This document shows, piece by piece, positions 1 to 10,136 of a stretch of 64,000 bases of DNA. Origin of the DNA: a virus. Each line of letters begins with the position of its first letter. Position 1 is the stretch's first letter. The stretch spans positions 65,140-129,139 of the IMG/VR virus record IMGVR_UViG_3300005617_000028; one strand, given 5' to 3'. The notes beneath the pieces are model-generated. The model had not been told where the DNA came from. It did no database searches and saw nothing but the letters and a program-made list of their open reading frames with translations. The position numbers and the translations under genes are program-made.

Positions 1-352
1 GACGGCAACACCGTTGCAGGCCGTACCGGCACAGTCCGCGCCCGTCCAGCCGGCGGTGACCACCGTGACCGCTGCCGCGACACCGGCGGTGGTGGACCTG
101 GGTGGTCTGCTGGACGGGCTCGGCACCACCCCGGCGGCACCGGTAGCGGCACCGGTGGCGGTATCCCCGCCCCCGGATCTGGCCGCCCTGTTCGCGCCCG
201 GCCCCCAGGCGGTGGAGACGGAACCGCTGTCCTTCGGCGCGCTCGCCCCCGCCACCGCTCCAGCATCAGCACCAGCGCCTGAGCCGGTACCGGCATCCGC
301 TGCGGCGGAGCCGGCGATCGACTTCGACCAGCTGTTGGCCAATCTGAGGTAG
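1..352 (+). CDS. 3' end of a gene; Pro/Ala-rich linker with acidic-hydrophobic tail, possibly a single-stranded DNA-binding protein
   Basis: Open frame from the window edge ending ...PAIDFDQLLANLR, reminiscent of gp32-type SSB tails; N-terminus not visible. Confidence 0.4.
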   Translation, partial: TATPLQAVPAQSAPVQPAVTTVTAAATPAVVDLGGLLDGLGTTPAAPVAAPVAVSPPPDLAALFAPGPQAVETEPLSFGALAPATAPASAPAPEPVPASAAAEPAIDFDQLLANLR

Positions 353-361
353 AAACACCAA

Positions 362-404
362 CGCCGAGCGCCGGGGAGAACCACCCGCTCCCCGGCGCTC
401 GGTG
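362..404. terminator. Strong hairpin between convergent genes
   Basis: CGCCGAGCGCCGGGGAG-N9-CTCCCCGGCGCTCGGTG inverted repeat. Confidence 0.8.
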
Positions 405-415
405 TGCCCGACTGA

Positions 416-658
416 TCAGAGGCCGTCGATACCCGGGTCGAATTCGGGCTCGCCTTCTGCCCCTCCCGCGTCGTCGGCGGTGGGTTCGGGGCCGGACACG
501 TTGGCCAGCAGGTCCACCGTGCCGTGGAACGTGGTGACGAGGGTCGCGGTGTAGGGACCTGCCGCGTCGGATGTCAGCGCCGCCCGCAGGTCATCGATCA
601 GGAACTGCTCATCGTCGGCGTTTTCGGCCGTACCGGTGGCATTGAGTGACCAGGTCAT
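416..658 (-). CDS. Small acidic hypothetical protein
   Basis: MTWSLNATG... ORF converging on the hairpin. Confidence 0.55.
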   Translation of the reverse strand: MTWSLNATGTAENADDEQFLIDDLRAALTSDAAGPYTATLVTTFHGTVDLLANVSGPEPTADDAGGAEGEPEFDPGIDGL

Positions 659-789
659 TGCAGGGGACCTCCGAAGCTGGGGAATGTACATCTTGACCGG
701 GTATACCATGAAAAGTGGCTTCAGCCCTCGTTTCCGTGCGGTGGGCGTGCCGAGCTTCACCTCTAGCCCCAGAGAGCAGCGCGCCGCTC

Positions 790-1806
790 ATGGCCACCAA
801 GACCCATTTGGACCTCCCGTTCCGCCAGGCGGCAGGGGACGGCGGCCGTCGCAGCCTCACCCAGCTGCTGGTCATCCACGCCACCGACAACCCCGGCGCC
901 GACAACCCGAAGACCCAGATCGACGAGGCCGCCGAAAACGAGGCCGGCTACGCCACCCACCGCCACGACCGGATCTCCGCCCACGCCGTCATCGACGACG
1001 ACTCGGCCATCCAGACCTTGCTGCTGGACCACGTCGCGTACGGCTGCTACCCCACCGGCAATTCCCGCAGCATTCAGCTGGAACTGGCCGGCCGCTCCGG
1101 GCATCTGTCCCCGGCCACCATCACCCGCGCCGCCAACCTGTCCGCCATCATCTGCCATCTGTGGGCCCTGCCGATCCGCAAGGTTGTCCCCGCCGACATG
1201 CGCCGGGGTGTCAAAGGCATCTGCGGCCACGTGGATGTCACCACCAGCTGGCATACCGGCCGCGACCACGGAGCCGACCACACCGACCCGGGCAGCAACT
1301 TCCCGTGGACGTCGTTCATCGGCCAGATCCGCCAGATCACCGCCAAGCTGTACGCGCCGCACGCGCCGGCCATCGTCCACCCCGCCGCGCCACATCTGGT
1401 CGTACCCGCGCCCGCCATCCCGCGCCCGGCGGCCCCCGCCGCGCCGGCCGTGGCGCACCCTGCCGTACCACACAGCGTTCCGCTGCCAACGGCGCCGACC
1501 TACGACACCATCACCACCATCGTCGGTGACCGTCTGGATCTGCTGGCCCGCACCTTCTACGGTGACCCGGCGAAGGCGGAGCAGATCAAGGCCGACAACC
1601 ACCTGGTGTCCGACACCCTCACCCCAGGCCAGAAGCTGCGTATCCGCCAGCCCCACAAGCCGGTGTACCGCGTGGCGCCCGGCGACACCGCCTGGGGCGT
1701 GGCCAAGAAGGGTCACCTGCTGTTGTCGGTGCTGACCACGCTGAATCAGCACCGGGTACCCGACATGAGCAAGCTGCCGGTAGGTATCTGGCTGCGCACC
1801 GCCTAA
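790..1806 (+). CDS. Endolysin: N-acetylmuramoyl-L-alanine amidase with two C-terminal LysM domains
   Basis: LLVIHAT, SAHAVID, N.RSIQLEL, GICGH, HTDPG amidase motifs; Pro/Ala linker; GD.L..LA..FYG and YRVAPGDTAWGVA LysM repeats. Confidence 0.9.
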   Translation: MATKTHLDLPFRQAAGDGGRRSLTQLLVIHATDNPGADNPKTQIDEAAENEAGYATHRHDRISAHAVIDDDSAIQTLLLDHVAYGCYPTGNSRSIQLELAGRSGHLSPATITRAANLSAIICHLWALPIRKVVPADMRRGVKGICGHVDVTTSWHTGRDHGADHTDPGSNFPWTSFIGQIRQITAKLYAPHAPAIVHPAAPHLVVPAPAIPRPAAPAAPAVAHPAVPHSVPLPTAPTYDTITTIVGDRLDLLARTFYGDPAKAEQIKADNHLVSDTLTPGQKLRIRQPHKPVYRVAPGDTAWGVAKKGHLLLSVLTTLNQHRVPDMSKLPVGIWLRTA

Positions 1807-1817
1807 GCCCGAACCGC

Positions 1818-1851
1818 AAAACAGGGCCCGCTGGCGGTAGAAGACGGCGTG
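1818..1851 (+). promoter_or_regulatory. Putative alternative-sigma promoter (leaderless)
   Basis: AAAACAG-N10-CGGTAG-AAGACGGC-GTG, near-identical to 34704-34737. Confidence 0.55.
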
Positions 1852-2073
1852 ATAGACGACGCGACATTGGACGAGTGGACCCGTTACGCCTATCAGGCGT
1901 ATGGGGAGAACACCGGCTTCAAGAATTTCCAGGGCAACCCGATGCCCTCCTTCGACGACCTGACGCAAACCAATCAGGACGCCTGGCGGGCCGCGGTGGT
2001 CGGGGTGGTGGGCCTGGCGTTGGCCGCCAACCAGATGCAGCTCACGACCGAGCCCGGCCAGGACCGTTCGTGA
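1849..2073 (+). CDS. Hypothetical protein
   Basis: ORF overlapping the next gene via GTGA. Confidence 0.7.
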   Translation: MIDDATLDEWTRYAYQAYGENTGFKNFQGNPMPSFDDLTQTNQDAWRAAVVGVVGLALAANQMQLTTEPGQDRS

Positions 2074-2366
2074 TCGACGACGCCGAGCAGTATTCGCCGG
2101 GCACGCTCACCGAAGCCGAACACCAGGCGATGCAGTTGACCGCGCAGCTGGCCAACGCGCTGGCGCACATCGTCGGGGATGACCTGACCCGTCTCAACGA
2201 CCTGCGGGAAGTGCTCGGCCATGTGCACGCCGTTCAACACGCGGTGCTGAGCCAGGCCGCCGCGCGGGCCTACCCGCACCGTTACCGCCTCCTCGGCGGG
2301 GCGCCCATACCCGTCCTGTTCACCGAGAACCGCGAGGACAGCCCCGCCGTGGCGGGCCCTCGGTGA
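2070..2366 (+). CDS. Hypothetical protein
   Basis: GTG start overlapping upstream stop; coupled to the next gene. Confidence 0.7.
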   Translation: MIDDAEQYSPGTLTEAEHQAMQLTAQLANALAHIVGDDLTRLNDLREVLGHVHAVQHAVLSQAAARAYPHRYRLLGGAPIPVLFTENREDSPAVAGPR

Positions 2367-2932
2367 CGGTGCTCGCCGTGGACCTGGCCGCCCGGTACTC
2401 GGCGGCCTGCCGGCTGGACCTGACCGACGGAACCGTGCTGCAGCAGTGGGATTCGTGGGGCCGCACCGAAGACGACTTCATCCTGAGCCTGGTCCAGCCG
2501 TGGATGGACAGCCCGGGCCAGGCGCCGGCCGCGATGGTGGTGGAGGACCTGCCGCACCGGCTGCCGTTCGCCGCCCTGGTGAAACGGGTGTGCCGTCTGC
2601 AGGGCCGCATCCTGGACCGGATGGGTGATCAGATCGGTGAGGTGGTGTTTCTGCCGCCGGCGGTGTGGCGCCGGGCGTACGCCGGCCTCAAACGCGGCAC
2701 CGGTCCCGACGCCGTCGTACCGGCAGCGGCCGAACTGGGCTACCAGGCACCCGGCCTGGCGCACCGCTGTCTGCGGGCGGGCGACAAGGCGATCGCCCGC
2801 AAGGTGGCTACCGACTACTGCGCCGCGTACCTGATCGGCACCTGGGCCGTGGCGACCTGGCAGAACACCCACACCTTCGACGCCGCCGGCACATCCCGCT
2901 ACACCGACCCGACCATGAGGAGCGCCACATGA
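2363..2932 (+). CDS. RuvC-like Holliday junction resolvase
   Basis: N-terminal VLAVDLA, central VVEDLP and C-terminal D.CAAYLIG pattern of RNase H-fold resolvases; adjacent to recA. Confidence 0.65.
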   Translation: MTVLAVDLAARYSAACRLDLTDGTVLQQWDSWGRTEDDFILSLVQPWMDSPGQAPAAMVVEDLPHRLPFAALVKRVCRLQGRILDRMGDQIGEVVFLPPAVWRRAYAGLKRGTGPDAVVPAAAELGYQAPGLAHRCLRAGDKAIARKVATDYCAAYLIGTWAVATWQNTHTFDAAGTSRYTDPTMRSAT

Positions 2933-4107
2933 GCATGGGCGAGGCGCTGAAAGACATCGCCAAGAAGTTCGACCTACGGGTGGGTCCGCCCTCAGTGATC
3001 GTGGAAACGGTGGGCCGGCTGTCCACCGGCAACCTGGCCATCAACCATGTCACCGGCGGTGGTCTGCCCGTCGGGCGCAGCATCGAGCTGTACGGCGTGG
3101 AATCATCCGGCAAGACGACCACCGGCTTGCAGGCCGCCGCCCAGCTGCAACCCAAACTGATCGCCGCCGGTAGCACCGAACACATCCTGTACCTGGACTT
3201 CGAGCATTCCTTCGACCCCGACTACGCGCAGGCGCTGGGCATCGACCACGAACACCCGACGTTTCTGCTCGCCCAGCCGCACAGCATGGAGCAGGGCGCT
3301 GAAGCCGCGCTGAAACTCATCGAAACCGGCCTGGTCCGACTGTCCATCTGGGACAGTGTGGCCGCGATGGCGCCTTTGAGCCGGCTGGAAGGTGACTTCG
3401 ACCAGCGCACCGCCGCGATGAACAAGGCCCGGCTGATGTCCGGACTGATGCTGCAGATGACCCCACTGCTGACCAAGTACCGTTCGACCGCTGTCTACAT
3501 CAACCACCTCATGGAATCCATCGACATGAACGCCGTGCGGTCCAACCTGCCGCCGAAGGTGACCACACCGGGCGGTCGGGCATTGAAGTACTACGCCAGT
3601 CTGCGGCTGGAGTACCGGCAGTTAGGCAGCACCAAGATCAAGTCTCTGGATTCGCTCACCGGCGAGATGGCCAACCGCGCCATCGCCTCCGTCATCCGCG
3701 TCAAATGCGTGAAAAGCAAGGTGTCCACACCGATGCGGGAAGCCGACGTGTGCGTGCGCTACGGCCGCGGATTCGACAACGCCTGGTCGGCGCTGCAGGT
3801 CCTCACCGCCCACGGTGTCATCCCGAAAGCCACCGGCGGTTGGTACCGGTTCAATCAACCGTTGCAACACCCGGACATGGAAACCCCCGGCCGGTCCGGA
3901 CCGTCCATCCACACCGAGGCGTCGGTGCTCGCCTTCGCCGACGAGCATCCGGAGTGGTCGGCCATCCTGGTCAGCGAAGCCGAACACCTGCTCGACCAGC
4001 TGGGCGACAAGGCGGTGGCCACCACTGACGTGGCCGTGGATCCGCTGGCCGTGGTGGAGGAGGACGACCCCCTGTCCGGCCTGGCCGCCGACGGGGCCCA
4101 GCCGTGA
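2929..4107 (+). CDS. recA: RecA-like recombinase
   Basis: GGLPVGRSIELYGVESSGKTT Walker A, LDFEHSFDP, WDSVAAM, TTPGGRALKYYAS. Confidence 0.95.
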   Translation: MSMGEALKDIAKKFDLRVGPPSVIVETVGRLSTGNLAINHVTGGGLPVGRSIELYGVESSGKTTTGLQAAAQLQPKLIAAGSTEHILYLDFEHSFDPDYAQALGIDHEHPTFLLAQPHSMEQGAEAALKLIETGLVRLSIWDSVAAMAPLSRLEGDFDQRTAAMNKARLMSGLMLQMTPLLTKYRSTAVYINHLMESIDMNAVRSNLPPKVTTPGGRALKYYASLRLEYRQLGSTKIKSLDSLTGEMANRAIASVIRVKCVKSKVSTPMREADVCVRYGRGFDNAWSALQVLTAHGVIPKATGGWYRFNQPLQHPDMETPGRSGPSIHTEASVLAFADEHPEWSAILVSEAEHLLDQLGDKAVATTDVAVDPLAVVEEDDPLSGLAADGAQP

Positions 4108-4577
4108 GTACCCGCTATGCCGAACGCACCGAGGTGTCCAGCGACCGCAGCCGGGCCGAGATCGAGGCGACCCTGCGCCGCTACGGCGCCTGCGCGTTCG
4201 GCTACGCCTGGGAGGACGCCGCCCGCTGCGCCCTGGTCATGTTCGAGATCGACGGGCGCCGGATCAGGTTCCGGCTGCCGCTGCCCGACCGCCACGATCG
4301 GGCATTCACCCACACCGCCAGTCGGCGGCTACCCCGCGACCAGGCGGCCCAGGACGCCGAATACGAACGCGCTGTCCGGCAACGCTGGCGGGCGCTGGCC
4401 CTGGTCATCAAAGCGAAGCTGGAGGCGGTCGCCGCCGGCATCACCACGGTCCAGGACGAGTTCCTGGCCCAGATCGTGCTACCGGCAGGGCCCACGGTGG
4501 GGGAATGGCTCACACCCCAGCTGGATTCGGCCTACGCGGGCCACCAGCTACCCGCCCTGCTACCCGGCTCCGGCTGA
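4104..4577 (+). CDS. Conserved phage hypothetical protein
   Basis: YA..TEVS..RSRAEIE..L.RYGA ... KAKLEAV pattern; coupled to recA. Confidence 0.75.
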   Translation: MSTRYAERTEVSSDRSRAEIEATLRRYGACAFGYAWEDAARCALVMFEIDGRRIRFRLPLPDRHDRAFTHTASRRLPRDQAAQDAEYERAVRQRWRALALVIKAKLEAVAAGITTVQDEFLAQIVLPAGPTVGEWLTPQLDSAYAGHQLPALLPGSG

Positions 4578-4792
4578 TGCGCCACCTCATCCCCGACGAC
4601 GGCGCACCGCACGCACCCACCAGCGAATGCGGCTGCGGACCCACCCTGCGCATGCGCCACAACCGCCGAGAGATGGTCCACCACCGGCAGGCCACCCGGT
4701 CACCCGGACGGGGTGGTCCGTCACCACAGCGGATCACCACGGTTGAGCAGACCGGTACGCCGCCACCGGATTCGGGAGAGGACCCGCGATGA
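4577..4792 (+). CDS. Small His/Cys protein
   Basis: TGATG coupling; H..P.DD...H...CGCGP. Confidence 0.55.
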   Translation: MRHLIPDDGAPHAPTSECGCGPTLRMRHNRREMVHHRQATRSPGRGGPSPQRITTVEQTGTPPPDSGEDPR

Positions 4793-4962
4793 TCACCCGC
4801 CGCCGCCACGTTCAGATGTGCCTGGGATGGATGTTCGCCGGTGGGGGTGCCGCCGCCCTGCTCGCGTTCGCGGACATGCCGTTTCCCGTCTGGGTGATCG
4901 TGTTCACCGGGCTGGCCCTGGGGGTCTGCTATCTGGATGCGCTGCTGCACAAGACGACGTAA
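4789..4962 (+). CDS. 57-aa two-helix membrane protein
   Basis: Hand-translated; GGAGAGG RBS; hydrophobic stretches. Confidence 0.6.
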   Translation: MITRRRHVQMCLGWMFAGGGAAALLAFADMPFPVWVIVFTGLALGVCYLDALLHKTT

Positions 4963-5037
4963 TGACGGGGTGAAACCGGCCCTGCGGTTTTCGGTATTGA
5001 CGGGGGAACCGAAACTGCCAGGGAAAGCGAGCCCACC

Positions 5038-6162
5038 GTGTCGACAACTGCTGAACAGATCACCTCGGAGAAGATGCGCGCCAAACTCCATCCGTTGTCC
5101 TACGTCCGGGAAGCGCTGGCCCGCACCGAACCGCTGGCCACCTACGCCTTTTCTGTCGGAAAAGAGGTCCGCTTCCGCATCCAGCCCGGCTGGCACCACG
5201 GGGTGGAGGCCAAAGACGGCCACGAGCTGGTGGACGCCTATCTGCGCATCGGGTCCGGCTCGGCCGGCAACGAATTTCGTCTCACCAAGGATTCGCTCCT
5301 GGAGGCCACCAGCCTGTGCGGGCTCGGCAAGGGGTACGCCTCACGGTGTCCGGCCGAGCTGGTGGAGCCCCACCTGAACTACTGGTTCCGGGAGGGTCTG
5401 GGCGGGCGCCCCATCCGCGACTTCCAACTCCTGGTGGCCGGCGACGCCGGGGCGGCCATCACCCGGGCCAGCATCCAACCGTTTTCGAATGTCCGCCTCG
5501 TCGACCAGGCCCTGGCCGGTATCGCCGCCAAGTACGGCGAGTCGGAGGTACTGGTCGACTACAAATTCAGCCACTCCCTGCGCCGCACCCACGTCCGGCT
5601 CATCGTGCCCGAACAGCAGCGGGTCATCCAGCGCACCGGTACCGCCGCCGACGCCTGGTCGCTGGGCATCCAACTCAACAACAGCCTGATCGGGGCGGAG
5701 AGCACCAGCATCTCCGGCTACCTGTTCCGCTGGTTCTGCACCAACGGCGCCACCGACACGATGGCCACCTCCGGCGTCTACAGCCGCCGCGGAGCCGGCC
5801 GGGAGCAGGAAGTGTACGAGTGGGCCCGCGCCGCCGTAGACGACGTTCTGGGCGGTCTGGAGCCGGCCCTGGACAACGTACAGGCGATGGTGGACATCCC
5901 GATTGAAGGCGAAGCCAACCAGGTCCTCCGCGACGTGTTCCAGCACTACCGCACCCCGCTGCCCGAGCGGGCCCGCATCATCGAACGCATGGTGGAGGCC
6001 GGGGAACTGACCATGTACTCGGTGATGGCCGCTATCACCGAGGTCGCCAACGACCCGAGCATGAGCCCCGCCCACGTGGACGGTCTGCTCCGGATGGGCG
6101 GCGACTTGCCGCACGCGGCCACCTCCCGGTGCACCGCATGCCGCCGGCTGCTGCCTCACTGA
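5038..6162 (+). CDS. DUF932-like protein
   Basis: GIQLNNS..G, LFRWFCTNG, TMYSVMAAITEVAN motifs. Confidence 0.65.
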   Translation: MSTTAEQITSEKMRAKLHPLSYVREALARTEPLATYAFSVGKEVRFRIQPGWHHGVEAKDGHELVDAYLRIGSGSAGNEFRLTKDSLLEATSLCGLGKGYASRCPAELVEPHLNYWFREGLGGRPIRDFQLLVAGDAGAAITRASIQPFSNVRLVDQALAGIAAKYGESEVLVDYKFSHSLRRTHVRLIVPEQQRVIQRTGTAADAWSLGIQLNNSLIGAESTSISGYLFRWFCTNGATDTMATSGVYSRRGAGREQEVYEWARAAVDDVLGGLEPALDNVQAMVDIPIEGEANQVLRDVFQHYRTPLPERARIIERMVEAGELTMYSVMAAITEVANDPSMSPAHVDGLLRMGGDLPHAATSRCTACRRLLPH

Positions 6163-6169
6163 GCCCCCG

Positions 6170-6394
6170 GTGAGTCACCTTCTGCGGTATGACCGCGTCA
6201 TCGGCGAAATCTGCGTCGGCCCGGTCAACGACCGGCCGGCCAACGTGGGCCTGATCCTGATGACCCGCCGCCGTATCGGCGGCCTACCCATCACCAGCGG
6301 CGGCGCCTGGTTCGAACTCAACCCCACCGAGGCCCGCGAACTGGGCGCCTACCTGGTCCGGGCCGCCGACGAAGCGGAAGCGGTGCAACCATGA
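6170..6394 (+). CDS. Hypothetical protein
   Basis: ORF ending L.P.EARELGAYLVRAADEAE, a common phage motif. Confidence 0.65.
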   Translation: MSHLLRYDRVIGEICVGPVNDRPANVGLILMTRRRIGGLPITSGGAWFELNPTEARELGAYLVRAADEAEAVQP

Positions 6395-6750
6395 TCGAAG
6401 TAAACGCCGAACAGCGCTACCGGGAACACGTAGCCGAGGTGGAACGGCACTGGGCCACCGTGTTACGGCGCAAAGCCATCCACGAAGCCACCGTGACGGC
6501 CCAGTACCGGCGCCGGCTACCCACCATCAAAGGCACCAAGCCCGAACAGGTCATTGACGGACTGTGCGCCGGGGACACCCAGATCCGCGACGCCAAATCC
6601 GGTATCGACCGCAACCAGCGCCTGGCGCTCATGTACGGCATCGGCGCCCTACTGGATCGGCTGCCACCACTGGACAGCTACCAGCCGGGACGAGTGGGGC
6701 ACCGTGTGCTCACATGGGACTCAGACGAAACGGTGCGGGACATACCGTGA
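6391..6750 (+). CDS. Hypothetical protein
   Basis: ATGA-coupled ORF. Confidence 0.65.
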   Translation: MIEVNAEQRYREHVAEVERHWATVLRRKAIHEATVTAQYRRRLPTIKGTKPEQVIDGLCAGDTQIRDAKSGIDRNQRLALMYGIGALLDRLPPLDSYQPGRVGHRVLTWDSDETVRDIP

Positions 6751-7004
6751 CCGAGACCGAGACGCTGTCGTCGTTCGAGATGTGCACCACACCGTGCCGG
6801 CGGCGCTGCCACGTGGCCCGCACCGTCAGCCTCAACCGGGCCAAGGACCGACAGGGCCGCCGTGGCTCCACCCTCTGTGGCCAGTACGCGATAGACGAAG
6901 AGTGGGCCAACTCACCACCCGGTCGACGGCTCGTTGTGGTGGTGGCGTTGCCACCGTGTCGCACGTGCATGCGTGTGGTGCGGACCCGCACCCACGCCCC
7001 CTGA
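6747..7004 (+). CDS. Cys-containing hypothetical protein
   Basis: GTGA-coupled; TLCG...CxxC. Confidence 0.55.
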   Translation: MTETETLSSFEMCTTPCRRRCHVARTVSLNRAKDRQGRRGSTLCGQYAIDEEWANSPPGRRLVVVVALPPCRTCMRVVRTRTHAP

Positions 7005-7072
7005 ACAGCGGTTGTGCTGCACCGACCGCGCGTGTCATGGTCATGGGGACAGCGACTATGGAGGTTCGAGTC

Positions 7073-7402
7073 ATGATCAGTCAACGCACGCCGCACCCCT
7101 CAGAACGCAACCCCTGGCCGGGGCACAACGTACCGGTACCCGTCCGCATCGACGGCAAACGGGTCCTCTCCGCCATCAAGCTGCTGCCCGCGCCGCGCCA
7201 GCCCGCCCACCAGTGGATGGTGGTCACCGAATTCCCCGGGGCCCTGTTCAACCTGCTGCGCGTGACCTACCGCGACGACCTGTACCAGGTTGCCGACAGC
7301 GTCGGTCCGATCGAGTCCTACTCGCAGGCGGTTGCCTGGATGATCCGGGTGGCCCAGTCCCACGGAACACCCGCGCAGCTCACCGATTCGACCACGTCAT
7401 GA
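7073..7402 (+). CDS. Hypothetical protein
   Basis: Preceded by GACT-atggaggttcg-AGTC-ATG start element. Confidence 0.7.
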   Translation: MISQRTPHPSERNPWPGHNVPVPVRIDGKRVLSAIKLLPAPRQPAHQWMVVTEFPGALFNLLRVTYRDDLYQVADSVGPIESYSQAVAWMIRVAQSHGTPAQLTDSTTS

Positions 7403-7800
7403 CCGCCACCCTGGACAGCATCGTGGTGCAACGCGGCGGCGTGTCCTACCAGGTCGACATCGTCCCCGATTCCTTCACCCACCCCCGCGACTTCGACGAC
7501 CACCGCTACACCCCGGCCGATGAAGCCAACTACGGGGACGGCTGGCAGTTCGTGTCGGTGTCGGTCACCCCGGTCGGACATCACCTGTGCGCCGACTTCG
7601 ATGGAATCGAATACGGGCAGAGCCTGCGCTGGCAGGTGAGTACCGCAGACCTGATCGAGCGCGCCGACGCCGAAAACTGGTTCGAGGAGGCCCATGCCAA
7701 GCTGATCACCGCTACCACCAAGAACCGGTCACGGTGGCTACAGGGCATACGCCGTCTTGTGGCGGCTGGCCGTAGGGCGCTCGTCAGTATCGTCCGCTGA
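7399..7800 (+). CDS. Hypothetical protein
   Basis: ATGA-coupled ORF. Confidence 0.65.
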   Translation: MTATLDSIVVQRGGVSYQVDIVPDSFTHPRDFDDHRYTPADEANYGDGWQFVSVSVTPVGHHLCADFDGIEYGQSLRWQVSTADLIERADAENWFEEAHAKLITATTKNRSRWLQGIRRLVAAGRRALVSIVR

Positions 7801-7840
7801 GCGTGGCCACTGTCGACTGTGGACAACGGGGGAGACGACC

Positions 7841-8047
7841 ATGGCAACCAAGATCACCGTCACCGACCGGCCGTGTCCGGACGCTGAACAGCACACCGTG
7901 GGCCCGCCCGGATACCTCGCATTCTTCGAGTGGGCCGCGCTCATGAACAAGACGCACCGCCAGTGCAAATGCTCCGGCTGCGGCTGCTGGATGATCTGGC
8001 GGCCACGGCGTGCCACCACGGAGCCACAAGACATCAATGTAAGCTGA
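7841..8047 (+). CDS. Small Zn-finger-like protein
   Basis: GGGGGAG RBS; C...HT..P.GY..W..M.KTH.Q..C..C. Confidence 0.65.
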   Translation: MATKITVTDRPCPDAEQHTVGPPGYLAFFEWAALMNKTHRQCKCSGCGCWMIWRPRRATTEPQDINVS

Positions 8048-8078
8048 CCTAGCCGCAACGACTACGGGAGTTTGAGTC

Positions 8079-8432
8079 ATGACCGATTCACTGTTTCAGG
8101 AACCTGCCGCCGCCGGACCGCCCGAGCCCCCGCGTCTGCGGGGCCGTATGAAACGCCGTTTCGGGAAGGGCAACGTCTACACCGAGGTGGAGATGGCCGG
8201 TCGTCACAAGGCCCTGGAGAAGCAGGGGCGCCACTGCGACGCCAACTCCGGCCGCTGTCTGCAGGCCGCCACCAGGGCCCTGGAGGTGGTGGAGCTGGAC
8301 AGCGTCACGGGTGAGCCACACGCCGAACGCGGCGAGCAGCGACGGGTACAGGTGTGCAGTCAGCACGCACCGATCTACACGCGCAGCTCCCGCTTCCGGG
8401 TGATCTCGGAGGAGCGCATCTCCGCGTCCTGA
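8079..8432 (+). CDS. Hypothetical Zn-binding protein
   Basis: GACT-N11-AGTC-ATG start element; C...C...CxxH. Confidence 0.7.
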   Translation: MTDSLFQEPAAAGPPEPPRLRGRMKRRFGKGNVYTEVEMAGRHKALEKQGRHCDANSGRCLQAATRALEVVELDSVTGEPHAERGEQRRVQVCSQHAPIYTRSSRFRVISEERISAS

Positions 8433-8435
8433 AAA

Positions 8436-8477
8436 GTCGGCGGCCCCTCCTGGTAGACACGGGGTGGGGCCGCCGAC
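8436..8477 (+). terminator. Hairpin
   Basis: GTCGGCGGCCCC / GGGGCCGCCGAC perfect 12-bp stem. Confidence 0.65.
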
Positions 8478-8494
8478 CTGTAGGGAGAACCGTC

Positions 8495-9052
8495 GTGACC
8501 GCAAACAACCTGTCCGTGTCCCAGGTGACGCTGGACGCCGTACAAGCCACCGCTGTGGTGGACCGTCACGTGCATCAGATTGACATCGGCGCCCTGGCCA
8601 TCCCTGAACAGATTCAGGCTCTCCGCGCGGCGTTCACCAGGGTGAGCGACGCGGGTACGGCCGGTGGTAGCAGCCAACAGTACCTACAGGCACTGCTGAC
8701 TCTCGCTACGCGGGCCCTGCTGGCCGCCGAAGCCGGGGAGAACAGCGCAGCCACGGTAGACACGGAAGCCGCCGCACCGACTGAGATACCGCCGGACCCG
8801 TATGTCGTGAGCCACCCCGTCTTTGTCCGCAAGCTCGTCGACGCCGCGCTCCAACTGTTGCTGGCCGAACGCGCGTGCCTTTCTTCCCACCCTGATCCAC
8901 AGACCGAACGTGCCACGGTGTCTCTGTGCCTGACCGCGCTGGATCTGGTCGCGGAGGTGGACCAGCTTCCCCGCGCCGCCCAGCCTGTCGGCTGGCGCCG
9001 GTCACACGCCCGCCCGCCAGTAGATTTACGTACACCGAGGGACTTGACTTAA
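8495..9052 (+). CDS. Hypothetical protein
   Basis: GGGAG RBS then GTG. Confidence 0.6.
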   Translation: MTANNLSVSQVTLDAVQATAVVDRHVHQIDIGALAIPEQIQALRAAFTRVSDAGTAGGSSQQYLQALLTLATRALLAAEAGENSAATVDTEAAAPTEIPPDPYVVSHPVFVRKLVDAALQLLLAERACLSSHPDPQTERATVSLCLTALDLVAEVDQLPRAAQPVGWRRSHARPPVDLRTPRDLT

Positions 9053-9111
9053 GTATGGTCGCCGCGTTACCATTCCCTGGCCAGGTTGGCTGAGCCGTGG
9101 AGGGAGTTCCA

Positions 9112-9564
9112 ATGACCGAGGTCCGCGTTCTTGGCCAGCAGGCAAGGAAGCTCATCGCTGAGTGCGGTGCCGAGCTGGACGACAATTCCCAGCACGCGCA
9201 GCAGCTTGTGGGGTGTGTCATCGCGCCGAGTGGAATCCGGTTCAAAGCCTCGGGCTGCCACACCATCGCCATGAACTACCTGACCGATCGTGCCGCCGGC
9301 TGGCGTGCGCTGCTGGCGGACCTGCGCGCGGGCGTGGAGCCATGCGACACACCAGAATGTGAAATGTGCGACGGCGTTGACCCGGGTAGCGCTGCGCTGC
9401 CGGTGGCCGGGCCGGCGAGCCCCACCCGCCGCCGCTACCGCCACGCGCGGTACCACCGGTCCCGTCCGGACACCACAGCCGTGTGTCCGGACCCAGAGAA
9501 CTGCCCGCACCCCGGCGCGGTATCCGGCGACTCTTGCGAATGCTGCGGCGCGATCATCCCTTGA
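9112..9564 (+). CDS. Cys-rich hypothetical protein
   Basis: GGAGGGAG RBS; stop codon lies inside the next -35 box. Confidence 0.6.
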   Translation: MTEVRVLGQQARKLIAECGAELDDNSQHAQQLVGCVIAPSGIRFKASGCHTIAMNYLTDRAAGWRALLADLRAGVEPCDTPECEMCDGVDPGSAALPVAGPASPTRRRYRHARYHRSRPDTTAVCPDPENCPHPGAVSGDSCECCGAIIP

Positions 9565-9642
9565 CTTCCGCCACCCGGACAAGGTAGGTTCTGTCTACCA
9601 GATAGACACCACCGCAACGCAAGGCTTAGGAAAGGTCGGGCC

Positions 9643-9888
9643 ATGAGCGCAACACCCACCGCGGACGCTCCCAGCGAGGAGCAGACCTGGACCTTCTTCG
9701 GGTTCTGGGAGAACGACCGCATCGTCGTACAGTTCGAGACGCCCGGCGAGGTGGACGACGACCGCGAAGACGATGGGACACACGAGCAGGGTCTGTGGGC
9801 CGCATCCGGCTCTGGCCCGACCATGGAAGAGGCACAGCGGCTCGTCGTTGCGGAGTACGAAGACGCCGAAGACGAGGACCTGTCATGA
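9643..9888 (+). CDS. Acidic hypothetical protein
   Basis: Directly follows a family A leader. Confidence 0.8.
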   Translation: MSATPTADAPSEEQTWTFFGFWENDRIVVQFETPGEVDDDREDDGTHEQGLWAASGSGPTMEEAQRLVVAEYEDAEDEDLS

Positions 9889-10136
9889 GCGCCGCTGTCA
9901 TGCATCCTTACCCAGACACGCTCGCGAAAGCACGAAAGGTAGGAGCGAGTAAGGCCAATGATGTTGAGCTGCTGGCGCTCTACTGCGCCGATGTTCTACA
10001 GATCATTGTCGGGGCGGTGTCACCTCGACTTGTGTTTGAGGCCGCCCAGCAAAGAGGCATGACCGCCCTCGATCTCGCAGCGCTCACACTCTCTGACCCC
10101 GCCGCCGTGTCCGAACTGCAATGGGACCTGTCATGA
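9885..10136 (+). CDS. Hypothetical protein flanked by 21-bp direct repeats
   Basis: ATGA-coupled at both ends. Confidence 0.7.
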   Translation: MSAAVMHPYPDTLAKARKVGASKANDVELLALYCADVLQIIVGAVSPRLVFEAAQQRGMTALDLAALTLSDPAAVSELQWDLS